Both the position numbers and the translations under genes were made by a program. A model generated the notes under the pieces. It saw only the letters and a list, made by a program, of their open reading frames with translations, made no database searches and was not told where the DNA came from. DNA of 64,000 nucleotides from Podarcis gaigeae (taxonomy: Eukaryota). The stretch lies in assembly GCA_964106915.2 (NCBI GenBank), contig OZ066914.1; one strand, given 5' to 3'. Of this stretch, positions 39,539 to 51,188 are shown piece after piece. The first letter of the stretch is position 1. Each line of letters opens with the position of its first letter.

Positions 39539-40670
39539 CTGTGGAATAATCAGAAAACATAACAGAGCTGAAGAAGCAAGTCTAGCGCCCCAGCCTTAAA
39601 TGTTTAGACCAGCAAATATTCCTGTGGTGCTAGGACAATAATCCTATTCAGTATCATGACTGGTGGGCGAGAGCGTACTGGGGTGGGGTAGGTATGCACA
39701 AGGAAGACCAGCATGACCTCCCCCACCAGCCAGAGAAAAAACAGCTGAAGGAGGTTTGACACATACATACCCACTCACCGCCCAACACGTCACACGCTAG
39801 TATTGTAGAGCTGAAGGACAGCATACTCCAGGGCATTAAAAGCTGCTAGCAGTTTACTCCCCTTGCCTCCCAAGCTGGCCATCGTGGCAAGTGGGAGACC
39901 TAGCCAATCCCCACCCATCCACAATAAGCTTGTTTCACCCCTCCAGGCTAAAAAGAACAGTAAGATCCAAGGTCTGAGTATGCCTCTCCCCACCCCCCCA
40001 CCCCCCCCACCCCGCTTCCTTTCCCTCTCATGCCAGGTCTGTTATATGTCAAGACCTAGGGCAGGGACTGTCTTATTACTGATCATTGTAAGTTTTGCTG
40101 CAAGCCTTTTTCTGGCTAACAGGTGGACTAAAAATGCATTAAATAAATAAATACATTTCAGAATTGACTTAGCTTGCCTTCAGATCATATTGTAAAGGAG
40201 GGAAAGGAGACTAGCAAATCTCCTGTTTCTGACAAGTCCTCCAGTCCTAAGCAGATTTCTGTCAAAAATTCCTACTAAGGTTGAAGGACATACTGCCAAG
40301 TTAATGTATGTAGGATTGCAGGTTAATTGTAGTAAAGCTCTTTTGACTATATGGTGAGCAAAGCAAAGCATCCAAACCCAGAGATTTAACTCTTTATCTG
40401 CCTGTCAGTCCCCATATGACAAGAGAATTTTTTTGTTTTTTGTTTTTTTTACAGATTGCTCTGTGTGGTTATTTACTATAGAGATAATTAAGATGGGATA
40501 GAATTGTGCAACTGATGTTACCTGCCAACATGTAATGCTGTCTGGATGTCTGTGTTTCCTCCTCAATCAAAGCAACAGTAACCATAATAGCACAAATTGT
40601 TTCATCAACAGAGGGCAGAATTGGATTGATTGGCATTGGCTATCAATAAATAATACATGCAAATACGTAC

Positions 40671-40848
40671 TGCATTGAAGTTCTGGACAGCACGGGTCTT
40701 TTGGTGTCAGCACAGGGACAGGCACAAACCCTTCTTTCTCACATTTGGGTGGTTCCGATGATACACAGGTCTGTGGCTTGCACTGGACGCTCTCAGTCAA
40801 TGGGTCACAAATACACTCTTGACAGTTGCTCTTCCATGAGGAGCCAGG
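40671..40848 (-). CDS. MUC5B: MUC5B exon (VWC)
   Basis: 178 nt, phase 0/1. PGSSWKSNCQECICDPLTESVQCKPQTCVSSEPPKCEKEGFVPVPVLTPKDPCCPELQC. Confidence 0.93.
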
Positions 40849-41741
40849 CTATATGAAAAAGAAAGCAAATCAGTTAACACTGTATGGCAGCAATGAAACC
40901 TATCATCATCTGCTTACTTGTCAATGATTAGACCTTAAGCTTTCTTTAGAAGGAGCACCTAGTTGATCTTAAGTTTCCTGTAATATCAAACTTACGGTAA
41001 CTGTGCAATAAGCTTTGGACCAGAGCCATACAATACAACTTGAAGGTGCTTCTTAAGGATTGTTTCCACCACCCCACAAATGGCTATAAAAAGACTTCCT
41101 TAAATTATAAGATACAGAAAGTTATGCTGAACCAGGTTAAATTTCCTTCTAGGCTGTTTCAGGGAGATGCACATATATAGCATTGGTTCTATATGTGCCT
41201 TAGGCATGACCTTCTGAGTCCTCTGAAAGTCTTGTTGGTCTTCTTCTGAAACCCAAGCAAAGTACTTACGATGGAGACCACAACCTCTACCAGCTGCTAT
41301 TTTAATTTCCATCACTTCCATCAAAGTCTTTCTTTGAGATCACAAAGTGTTGCATTAGATGTTAGTCCTACTCAGAATAGACCCATTGAAATTGATGGAC
41401 ATGACTAAGTTTGGCCCATTAATATTAGTGTGTCTAATCTGATGTTTCAAAGGCTTCAGGGGACAACTGGTGTACCTCTCAATCCAAAGGGGGCTAGAAA
41501 GTGTGCTGTACAATCCATCTGACAGCTATAGAGCCCAGGAGAGGCTGGTATTTCAGACTATGTCTGCTTCTCCTTCAGAAGCACTTCTATGTTTCTGACC
41601 AGCTCACTATTTCTGCATGTTGATAATAATTATCTGGATCTACTGGTACATGCCAGTTATGCATACCAAAACTACAAATCTTTTTGCTACAAAGAAAAGT
41701 TTCAATGACTTCTATTGCTTTCTTTTGGTTATTCTCCAACC

Positions 41742-41742
<1 letters not shown>

Positions 41743-41781
<39 letters not shown>
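41743..41781. repeat. (CA)n microsatellite
   Basis: Seen directly. Confidence 0.95.
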
Positions 41782-41784
<3 letters not shown>

Positions 41785-42102
41785 TGTATAACAATAGCAA
41801 GAAACAAAATAAAATAAAATATTGTGAATTCTCTCCCTCCCCACATGACTTTACCCTCCCTCCTAAAATCTGAAATGATCTCCGACTCCTACTACAATAT
41901 AAAATGATGCCCTTGTCTGGTAAAGCAGAAGTTTAGCACTAATAATAACAGTTTGCCGCCTTGTGAATGTATGTGCAGGGGTGCAGGGTGTTGCAGTCAT
42001 AGTGGGTCCAATTGTTAGTCTCTTGTCAGTTCTGGATGATTCTCTATGTTGCCTGTGTATAGGCAACGGTCTAGGCATAATCTTTCCAAGTGAAATACTC
42101 AC

Positions 42103-42134
42103 TGGTTTGGGCAATCCGTCTGGTCCCACGCAGC
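42103..42134 (-). CDS. MUC5B: MUC5B micro-exon
   Basis: ttccag|GC...CCA|gtgagt, 32 nt, phase 1/0. (G)CVGPDGLPKP, a conserved gel-forming mucin motif. Confidence 0.92.
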
Positions 42135-43064
42135 CTGGAAATAAATAAAGGCATAAGAATTCATACAGATCCCTTATATTCCATAAACATGTAAACTGCC
42201 TTAACTTTAACACAAGTTTCCTGTAGCCATTATTATGCAGCTTTTTCCAGCTAAGTACCGGTAACCAATTTATACAGAGAATTTCACCACATGCTGAATT
42301 TTTACAGGATTCTTCCTGGGTTGTTCTTTAAAAACATACCTCCATGCAGTATAATAAAAATACAGGCATAACAATACAGTATTAACCACATAGTAGTAAA
42401 ACTTAATTTCATCACATGGAACGGAGCATTTATGTGTAACCATAGAAGGAAATGGATGCTGAGGATGCCATAGCATCCTGCTATTCTTCACCACTTGTGG
42501 CATGCCCCCTGCAGGTCAGCTGCTCATTTTGAGTTTACAGACATAATTTGAAATTACAGAAAGACATGCAATGTTAGAAAAAGCTAAAGTTACCCTTGTG
42601 TTATTTAGGCCCTAATTATACACATGCACACAACTCTGAGCAGATAAGTAGAGGATTGCCCTTCCACATACCACCTCTAATGAGCTTCATAAGCTGTTTA
42701 TTAGGGGCAACAGACCAGAAATAAACCATACAGGACAAGCGTAACAGCAGCTTAGAAAATAGAAACTAGCAAATATACAAAATAGCAAATAGCTTCAGGT
42801 AAGCCCCTGGAAATAATCCTTCCAGTTTTGGGTGGTTAACTGACTTCTTATTGTCACAGCCACCAACAGAAATTTGACTGCTGTCTTTAAAACTTGTGGG
42901 ATTTTATCTCCCAGCAAATGTTTAACATAGAATTGAGTTGACCTTCCTGGTAATTTGGCCAGTAAAGGGCCAATCATTTGCTGATGAACTCCAATACCTT
43001 TAATTATGCATCTGCTTTTGGTTTAAATTGACATAATTAGCCAATCAGGAATAGAGAAACTTAC

Positions 43065-43165
43065 CACATGTTTTGACACAGATATCTGTGTATGTATTGA
43101 AGAGGATTTTGTCCTCTGGGCAGAAGCATCCTTCAGCAACATGCTCACTTGTATCTTTGGTTGGT
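43065..43165 (-). CDS. MUC5B: MUC5B exon (TIL C-terminal part)
   Basis: 101 nt, phase 2/1. PTKDTSEHVAEGCFCPEDKILFNTYTDICVKTC. Confidence 0.93.
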
Positions 43166-43687
43166 CTGCAAGGAAAAGAAGAACAGATAATATTATTTCC
43201 AGTTCTGTAATCAAACAGTTTAATAGCTTCAATGCTCACTTTCGTAAAAACACTATTTTTCTAAGGGATTACAGTATTTAAATGCAAAAGAAAATTGGCG
43301 CTTTCCTAAGAAGTAAATAAATACTGGAGCCATTCACTATAGATGGCATAATAAGAGACAACAGGTTAATTGCAACAGTTTATGTTAAGAGTAAGAATTG
43401 TGTGTTGGGAATCCGGTCAGCACAATAATTTGCATGTCTACTCAGAAATAAGTTTTTCAGGTCAATGGCACTTACTCTCAAGTAAGTGTGCATATGGTTG
43501 CAGATTAACAGCGCACACTGAACCACTCAGGTCAAAAGTGCTGTAGGCTGAATTTGGCCTATGGGCTGTCACTTCTCCACCCCCAATTTAAACCAGTGAA
43601 AGCTAGTCTACCAGGCCACTGTGCTCAAGCTGCAAACACTACACTAGAAGGAAGAAATCTTTGAAAGGATCTTTCTTAATCTATTTA

Positions 43688-43901
43688 CAGTGGTACTTCG
43701 GGTTACATACGCTTCAGGTTACAAACTCCGCTAACCCAGAAATAGTAACTCGGGTTAAGGATAAGAACAGAAATCGTGCTCTGGCGGCGCGGCAGCAGCA
43801 GGAGGCCCCATTAGCTAAAGTGGTGCTTCAGGTTAAGAGCGGTTTCAGGTTAAGAACGGACCTCCGGAACGAATTAAGTACTTAACCCGAGGTACCACTT
43901 G
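43688..43901. mobile_element. Tc1/mariner (pogo/Tigger-like) MITE
   Basis: TA|CAGTGGTACTTCGGGTTA...TAACCCGAGGTACCACTTG|TA TIRs with TA TSD. Internal GGTTAAG repeats. Confidence 0.87.
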
Positions 43902-44800
43902 TACAATGCTATCCAATTGCACTATGCATGGGATCAGGGTTGAAACAGAATCCCATTTTTGAGCTAAGAACAAGGTAATGCGGAATAGTTATCCTGGCTT
44001 TAAACTCTTGTCACCTGCTCTGCTTTACTTAATTTGGGACGGACCCCACCTTTTAACACCCTTGACTTAAGGTAACCAAGCTGAATAGAGAGAGTTAAAG
44101 CTAGAATAACTATTCAACATTACCATGATTTATGGTATCAGGTAAGCATGCTAATCCATTTATGTGGCCTATACTGTACAGTATTTGTACTCTTGCCTCA
44201 TTAATTTGTGCAGAGTACAAGCAAGTATGTGATTCCAGGGTAGACGTGTTTAGCACCAAACATTAGAATTACCATGCCCTGGATTAGCCATAGGGATAGG
44301 GCCTGGAGAACCTGAAAAGGTTTATGGTGCCCTGGAGGACTGACTGGATCTTGAAAACATCCTTGTAAAATGAGTAGAGTTGAAAGACCAAGGCAGGGAC
44401 TTCTGTGGTGGGAACTGCTCAGGCTCTGGCAGGTTTAAAGTATCTACCAGCAAAGAATGCAGTTTAACCAGGGTTAAAAACCTGAAGCTGGCAATCATAA
44501 TTATTTGGGGAGGAATTGACATGGAATTAATGACCATATAAATAGATAATAATGCATTTTTTTAAACAAATCCTATTAATTAATGCAACATTCCCCTAAT
44601 CATTAACACATCAACTATCCGCTGCTGCCATACTTGGGACGATACTAATTAAAGATCTTCATATAAAGATCTTGATATGACCTTTATACATTCACCATTT
44701 TCTAGCAAGTCATATACATATTTCATATTTGTCTCTTATTCAAAGATACAAAAGTGCAGCCATTAGCATTCAGAGAGCTAATTATTTAGTTAATACATAC

Positions 44801-44870
44801 CCATCATCACAGGTGACAGGGTGAATGGGGCCACATGCATTGTACACCTTGTCTTTGGGGCAGTGGTATG
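44801..44870 (-). CDS. MUC5B: MUC5B exon (TIL N-terminal part)
   Basis: 70 nt, phase 1/2. (P)YHCPKDKVYNACGPIHPVTCDD(G). Confidence 0.92.
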
Positions 44871-45595
44871 CTGTATATAAAAGAATAAAATGTGTCATTA
44901 AAAAGCAGAATGACTCCAACATGAGGCAGAACTATGTATTACATGTTGTCATATTATGTTTTTCCCATTAGCTTTTTAAAAAAATCACATAAAGCATCTA
45001 TGGTTGGCATCAGATTGAATGAAGGAGTGGCGTTTGCCAAGGCAAGGCACACCCACACCCAGAGGACTGTTGTAAGCCCCAGTGCATGCTCAATCCTGAC
45101 TGACAAATGGAAATACCCATAGCTGAGAACATGGATTCAATACAGACATCCACAGATGGATTCTAATCCAGTGGAGAGAACCTGTTGGTGGAAAGAGAGG
45201 GAGGCAACGTTTGCCAGTTCCCCCATCCTCTTTGCAGTGCCACCTCCCATGTTGATCTGGAGGATCCTCCAACCCTCTAGAGCAGTTTCAGAGGTTGCAA
45301 TGGGCTTCAGGGAGATGGAGCAATTAGCAAAAGTCAACTTCCCTTCCCTTCTGGATTCAATCCACTATGAAGTGCAGAAGCTGAAATCTTAATTCTTGTG
45401 GAAAAAAGACAAAGACTGAGGGAAACAAACATGCAACTGAAGTTAGAACATGCTATTGTTCAGTTTGCATTGATTACTATTCATCTGCTGACACCGTTTT
45501 GAATGGTTGATTGATTGGTTCACTCAGCTATTATTGCTCTACGAGAAATTGCTGCTCACTTTAGGATAAGCGAAAATACGTTGTCTTCCACTTAC

Positions 45596-45774
45596 GGCAT
45601 TTTCCTAGCGTCATGTTCCTCCAGTCAGTACAAACCCCTTTAGCTATGCAGAGGGAAGCATATATCTCCAAATTGTAGCAAGGCACAGAATCATTGGAAG
45701 ACTGACAGGCTTCAAGGAGGCAGTCTTCATAGTATATTCTGGGAGGCAGAACCTTATGGCATTCTTCAAAGACA
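45596..45774 (-). CDS. MUC5B: MUC5B exon (C8 domain)
   Basis: 179 nt, phase 2/1. (D)VFEECHKVLPPRIYYEDCLLEACQSSNDSVPCYNLEIYASLCIAKGVCTDWRNMTLGKC. Confidence 0.93.
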
Positions 45775-46089
45775 CTTCAAATACAAAAGAATACATGGTT
45801 GAACTATGGCTCATAAATATTGCAATGTCCCCTTGCCACCCCATTTTCAGTATGAAACTGCGACTGAAAGGATAATATTCTTAGCAAATATGTACAGTAC
45901 ATTTCACAATGATATCAATTCTAGAAAGAACAGCTTTGTATTACTATGGAAGTAAAAATCCTACAGTGTTGCAATGTTACAGCTCTTTATGGTATATAAG
46001 GTAGCCGAGATGCCTTGAAGATACTAAAACAATGCCATGCTTATTGTTGGATGGATCTTATGTTCTTTGTATACTGTGTTAGTTTTATG

Positions 46090-46142
46090 ATGTTAGCCAC
46101 CCTGAGCCTGGCTCCGGCTGGGGAGGGCGGAGTACAAATAAA

Positions 46143-46193
<51 letters not shown>

Positions 46194-46203
46194 CATCATC
46201 ATC
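46090..46203 (+). mobile_element. L2-type 3' end with (TTA)n(TCA)n microsatellite tail
   Basis: AGCCACCCTGAG...GGGCGGAGTACAAATAAA matches the reverse complement of the 29657 L2 end (GGGCGGGGTACAAATAATAAA), followed by a TTA run at 46145-46192. Confidence 0.75.
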
Positions 46204-46538
46204 TGTGAAATATAAGAACAATAAAGGAAAAGGGTGTTATCTATCCCTAGAAAACATTCCTGATGTCCTAGCAGTAGATAAAAACATAAGAATATAAGGT
46301 GAAAAGCTCTGCTGGAGCAGACCAAAGCTTTATCTTTCTAGTCCTGTGGTCAACCAGTGGCTTATGTCCTGCCCACAAGCTGGACAGATGAGGTCATGTG
46401 CACAATGTCTTGGTGATGATTTTATGTTCCTATGTGTTCCTCAGAAGTGGTTTTTTTAAAAAAATAAAGTTGTCAAACGATAGCTTGCTCTGCAGGATCT
46501 AACAGCTGAAGCATTTGTAAAGGCTGTGTTGAACTTAC

Positions 46539-46770
46539 TCGCTCACAATCAGCTCACACAGAGGAGATGGAGTGGTGCAGGGTGTTGGTGCTGGTGTTGT
46601 CGTTCTTGGCTCATGCGGTGTTGTTGTCGGAGGTGATGTTGTTGGCACTCCATAGCAATGGGGCTTGTTTTTATCATAGGTCTTCCAGTAGCTGGCCATT
46701 TCTGAGCAAGAGGAAGCTTCATGGCCGTTGGGGAGGCGGCAGTCATCTGTCTTGTCATTTGAACATACCC
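46539..46770 (-). CDS. MUC5B: MUC5B exon (end of VWD4 plus Thr/Pro linker)
   Basis: 232 nt, phase 1/2. GVCSNDKTDDCRLPNGHEASSCSEMASYW...TTSPPTTTPHEPRTTTPAPTPCTTPSPLCELIVS. Confidence 0.93.
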
Positions 46771-46955
46771 CTAGGAGGGAGAAAGGGTCGCATCGTAAGT
46801 GTGCTGAATATGCAGTATACATTAGTGTCACTCTGAATGACATTGAAATAACAAAGCGGACTTCCTAATTGAAAAAGCCATTGTTGCTATCATAAAGTGT
46901 ACCTTATATGCATATTCTGTTTCCTACTCTTCAGTATGGATATATTAGTCAAACC

Positions 46956-47091
46956 CAGGCTTCCTCAACCTCAGTTCTCCAGATGTTTTGAGATTACAAT
47001 TCCCATCACCCCTGACCACTGGTTCTGCTAGCTAGGGATCATGGGAGTTGTAGGCCAAAAACATCTGGAGGGCCGAGGTTGAGGAAGCCTG
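46956..47091. mobile_element. hAT palindromic MITE with perfect 8-bp TSD
   Basis: TIR CAGGCTTCCTCAACCTC / GAGGTTGAGGAAGCCTG. TSD GTCAAACC at 46948-46955 and 47092-47099. The whole element is near-palindromic. Confidence 0.93.
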
Positions 47092-47099
47092 GTCAAACC

Positions 47100-47250
47100 A
47101 TAGGTCCACCAAGCCCAATTAGGTCTACTCTGATGGGCAGCAGTTCTTTCTTCATCCCAAGAACTTTCAGATGTAGATACCAGGAACTGGACCTGGGATG
47201 GTCTAACACCACACACATGTGTTCGGCCATGGAGCTGTGGCCCCTCCCAC
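47100..47250 (-). mobile_element. Degenerate tRNA-derived SINE (same type as 49232-49400)
   Basis: The reverse complement begins GGGAGGGGCCACAGCTCCATGGCCGAACACATG (A-box-like) and resembles the plus-strand copy at 49232. Confidence 0.5.
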
Positions 47251-47379
47251 CAATGGTTAATTTTTCTTTATTGCTTTTCTAATGCTCCACATCTTCCTAT
47301 GCAAAGAAATTTGTTTTGAAGGAATAACATTGTGAAAAAGGATTTGAATGGTTGGGGATGTTTTGATCCCTTTACTTAC

Positions 47380-47563
47380 CACATTGCCCCTCTGTGTTAT
47401 GCTGAAATAGGTCAAAGGGGAGTTTTACTGAGAAAGTGAGCCCGTTGAAAGATATAAAAGCTTGGAGTGCAGGGATTTCGACACTCATGACAGTTCCAGT
47501 ACTGGTGACAGAAATACCATATTTGGTGAAATCTCCATTGACTGGCTCATGGTTGAAAAAAAT
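47380..47563 (-). CDS. MUC5B: MUC5B exon (VWD4)
   Basis: 184 nt, phase 0/1. IFFNHEPVNGDFTKYGISVTSTGTVMSVEIPALQAFISFNGLTFSVKLPFDLFQHNTEGQC(G). Confidence 0.94.
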
Positions 47564-47757
47564 CTGAAACAGCAGCACAAAAGATGCAAAAGAATATAAA
47601 TCTGGAGGATTCAGAGTCTTCCAGAGCACTTGAGGGCAATCAGTCCTGGCCATGCTGATATTTCCTAACTGCCTGTTTTTATACTACTTTTAATACTGCA
47701 ATGATTATTTTACTGTGTTATTGTATTTAATTAAAAACAGTAAGCCATAGTTTTTAA

Positions 47758-47763
<6 letters not shown>

Positions 47764-47796
<33 letters not shown>

Positions 47797-47825
47797 TATA
47801 TATATGTGTGTGTGCGCGCGTATGT
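47764..47825. repeat. Compound alternating purine-pyrimidine tract (CA)n-(TA)n-(TG)n-(CG)n
   Basis: Seen directly. Confidence 0.9.
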
Positions 47826-48117
47826 CATTGATTCTATAACCATTAACTGGAAGTAAAGTGCATTAAACTCAGTGGGGGCTTTCTTCTTAGTAGTCATTAT
47901 AGAGATGCACAGTTTGAGGAATAGCATCTCAATCCTAAATATAATCTACATCATGGGATTAAGTAGCATTCCTCAAGCAGGCACTTTGCCATGACTGTTA
48001 TGTAAATTGTACAACCCATTAGCTGGTTTATAAATGTCATTTTGACATTTTTGTTTTGGTAAAAAATAATTATTGTAGGAAGCTGACACAGTTTGAGAAA
48101 TCTGTGGCACACAGTAC

Positions 48118-48365
48118 CTTGTTAATTCTCACTCCTTCATGCACTTCGCTGCTTAGCACAACTTCCATTGAGTTGTAATTTACAATGATGGCTCTGGAAC
48201 AGGACTGATTGTTAGTGACATCACAGAAATAATTGTCAAGCAAAACACTGAGGTTTCCATGTATATTCACAATCTCTTTCACCAAGATGTAAGTGCAGTT
48301 GTCATAGAAAGTGTAATAAGTGCCATCAAATGTCAGATAGTTAGCATCCCAACCAGTGCAAATAC
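48118..48365 (-). CDS. MUC5B: MUC5B exon (VWD4 N-terminal part)
   Basis: 248 nt, phase 1/0. (C)ICTGWDANYLTFDGTYYTFYDNCTYILVKEIVNIHGNLSVLLDNYFC..., with the VWD TFDG motif. Confidence 0.95.
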
Positions 48366-48930
48366 CTGTAACAGAAATCAAAAGATCAAATAAGGTTCAC
48401 CTGGAGTGTAGTCTTGAGTAAACCAGAGTAACCAAAGTAAATATACACTGTGAAATCATTGGTTAGTATGCTGTTGCTTGTATTAACTTTGATGGGCTAG
48501 GTCCTAGTTTGGTACACCAATTAGAAAGTGGGAATAATAAGAGAATTCTAGGAGAGCAATGTTGATGGTGCAGATTTTGTGGTGAAACAACTGCCATAGC
48601 CAGAGTCCTGATGACTAGTGACAGCCAGGGCAGGAATTGGTTGAACCACAGCATTTTCTCCCTTACTCCTTTCCATTGAAATATGAAAAGCCACCCATTG
48701 ACTTTTTTAGGAGTATGCTAGAGAAACAAGAGGTTTAGGCTTCTGCAAATCCATAGCCTTCCCTGAAAGACCCTCAAAAGTCTCACCTCCCTCAATAAAT
48801 GGAATTGCAACTGCATGACATTACACCCCCTGAGCTTTGTATGATACAGTCCTGTAAGTTAAATATCTTAATCTCTCATTCCATATCATAAAGATATATG
48901 TACTTTTTCTGAATGCTCAGTTATACTTAC

Positions 48931-49099
48931 ATTCACATTCATAGCGTTCGACACAGCCATCCTTATCTACTATTTTTATCGGTGGGAGTCCACTCACACA
49001 TACTGTCTTCTCTACAGGTGGTTGCGGCTTCAGAACTATTTTGTTGTTTCCTTCACAAGTTGCCACAGTGCAGTTGTTAAACATCCAAGTTTCATTGGT
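48931..49099 (-). CDS. MUC5B: MUC5B exon
   Basis: 169 nt, phase 0/1. TNETWMFNNCTVATCEGNNKIVLKPQPPVEKTVCVSGLPPIKIVDKDGCVERYECE. Confidence 0.93.
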
Positions 49100-49231
49100 C
49101 TAGAGGGAAACCAGAGAAAAAATATTCTACAAGTGTCATACTCTTAGAAAGAGACCATCTCCACTACCAAGGGTTCCTGTCCTACTGGAAGAGGAAAACC
49201 CATCTGGAGGCAAAATGGGGTGTTAGGGGGA

Positions 49232-49400
49232 GAGGCTATTTTTCAATGGTAGAGCACATGGCGTGCATGCAAAAGGTCCCATGTTTAATCCTTAGCAACT
49301 CCAGATAGCCCCAGGGAAGACTCCTATATGAAACCCTGAGGAGTCATTAGCAGTCAACAAGGACAGGAGTGAGATAGATAGACCCATAGTCTGCCTTTCT
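49232..49400 (+). mobile_element. Degenerate tRNA-derived SINE
   Basis: tRNA-like head TCAATGGTAGAGCACATG...AAAGGTCCCATGTTTAATCC (A/B-box remnants) plus a SINE body. Confidence 0.55.
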
Positions 49401-49491
49401 AAAACATAAGCCAGCTTGCTATGTTTTAGAAAAGTGAGGCAAACAAGAACATTTGGAATGGACTTGAGATTTCTCCATATATGACTCTGTG

Positions 49492-49620
49492 GCAGGGGTA
49501 GGCAACCTGTAGCTTAACCAAAGTTGTTGGATTCCAGTTCCCACCAGTTCCAACCACCAGTGGTCAGGGATAATGACTTTGAATCCAGTAACATCAAGAT
49601 CACCATCCATTTTCACTGAG
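49492..49620. mobile_element. Degenerate hAT palindromic MITE
   Basis: CAGGGGTAGGCAACCTG...GTTGTTGGATTCCAGTTCCCA...CCAGTAACATC; same architecture as 46956-47091. Confidence 0.55.
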
Positions 49621-49961
49621 ATCAATAGCACAAATAAGATCTATAACAAGAGAGTTGATTGTGACCAAGTGCATGTTCACATGGCAGCTCCTCATATCTC
49701 CCAAAATAGTGGTGCTCATACAGCATGAATTGTGGGCAAAAGTCCCTGGGGTAGTCAGGATTTTCTTTTCAACATAGACACCTCGTTCACCAAGAGAGGA
49801 TTCATTTGATGGTTTTTAAGAGGGGTGAAAATGGAGTGAGAGAGGCATTTGGTAGCCAACAGCTTTCCCCAACATGGAGCCCTTTTGATGTTTAGGGCTA
49901 TAGCCTCTCATCAGCTAGCAAAAGCTGTCCCCAATGTATGTATGAAAACAATGCTAATTAC

Positions 49962-50227
49962 CTTTCTTGGTGGATCAATATCAGGACAACCTGTTACAGG
50001 AGTTGTGGGGGTTGATACAGCTGCAGTGGTGTATACTCTGGTTGATGGAACAACAGTAGTGGGTGACGAAGAAGGTGGGGTTCCTGCAGTTGTAACTGAT
50101 GGTGTTGATGGGTGGGAAGGAGTTGTTGAAGGACATGGTCCCTGGAACACCTCAATTTCACAGCTTCTGTTGCAAACTGCATAAAAACTGCATCCGGAAC
50201 TATCAGTTCTATTGTATATTACTTCCC
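49962..50227 (-). CDS. MUC5B: MUC5B exon (Cys-rich segment plus short PTS)
   Basis: 266 nt, phase 1/0. GEVIYNRTDSSGCSFYAVCNRSCEIEVFQGPCPS...GCPDIDPPRK. Closely resembles the human MUC5B segment GEVIYNKTD..GC.FYAVCN..C....FQG.CP as I recall it. Confidence 0.93.
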
Positions 50228-51074
50228 CTATTTTAAAAAAGGAGGGAATTTATCATAAAGCACCATGTACGAAAATTATAAAACAAAACATATCATAACG
50301 TTCTAAAATGCAAATAAAGTTCAGATGAATTTGTCTACTGACATGCAGTGCAACTCTCAGCAGCAAGTCTGAGAAAGCATGCATTGGATTGTGTAATTTG
50401 TAGTGGGCAAGCTCCAACCCCACACCACCATGGGAGATTAGCAAGAGGTTCAGCCGAGGCCTTTTCCCCAGTTGGTCCTTAGCCAGTAAATCATATACAA
50501 GTATAACTTGTGACTCACAATCCTAGGGAGTGAAAGGACATGTTGGCCACCTGTTAAAAGTAATGGCTGGCAGATAGTAGTAGATGTACATGAATATGAG
50601 TCAGTTGTAAAAGGGGATAGGGGATAGGTGAGAGATGGATCTATTGACATCTCTGTGGTTCAATACTGTTCAAAGAATGTATGGCATGAGAGAATTACAG
50701 AATTCATCTCAGCTAATACTTTTGTTCCCTAGGTTGTTAAAACATGTAAAGCAGTGTAGAGTAAAACACAGATACATAAATTCAATAAAGCATTGAAAAT
50801 ATCAGCCCCAAACTTGCAAAAAACAAACAAAAAACCCAGATAAATCAGTATTAATAAAATGATTTAAATGTAAATGTAAAAAGTAAGTAAAAAGGTTTCT
50901 GCTCCTCCTCAAACTATACAGCAGAGCACCAAAGTAGACTCCCCTGTGGAGAGTGGTGCACAATCCTGATGTAGGTATAAGGAAGGACGTATGTTGAGCA
51001 TATGTACAATCAAAGCAATGCGTGAATGAAAACATTGCTTCAGCTGCTTTTCAAATTCATTAAGAGAAACTCAC

Positions 51075-51188
51075 CAGGAGAAAACAAGCCCTTACTAAAT
51101 CCGGGCACACGGCAGAAACATGGAGTTGTTCTGCTCAAAGTGACTGTTGTAGTTCCTGTTGTAGAAGGTATGGAAGTACTTGTTGCTG
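51075..51188 (-). CDS. MUC5B: MUC5B exon following the central exon
   Basis: cttcag|CAG...CCTG|gtgagt, 114 nt, phase 1/1. (A)ATSTSIPSTTGTTTVTLSRTTPCFCRVPGFSKGLFSP(G). Confidence 0.9.

Noticed and set aside
49232-49300. tRNA-like sequence
   Set aside because: Decayed SINE head; I cannot form a cloverleaf or an intact B box.
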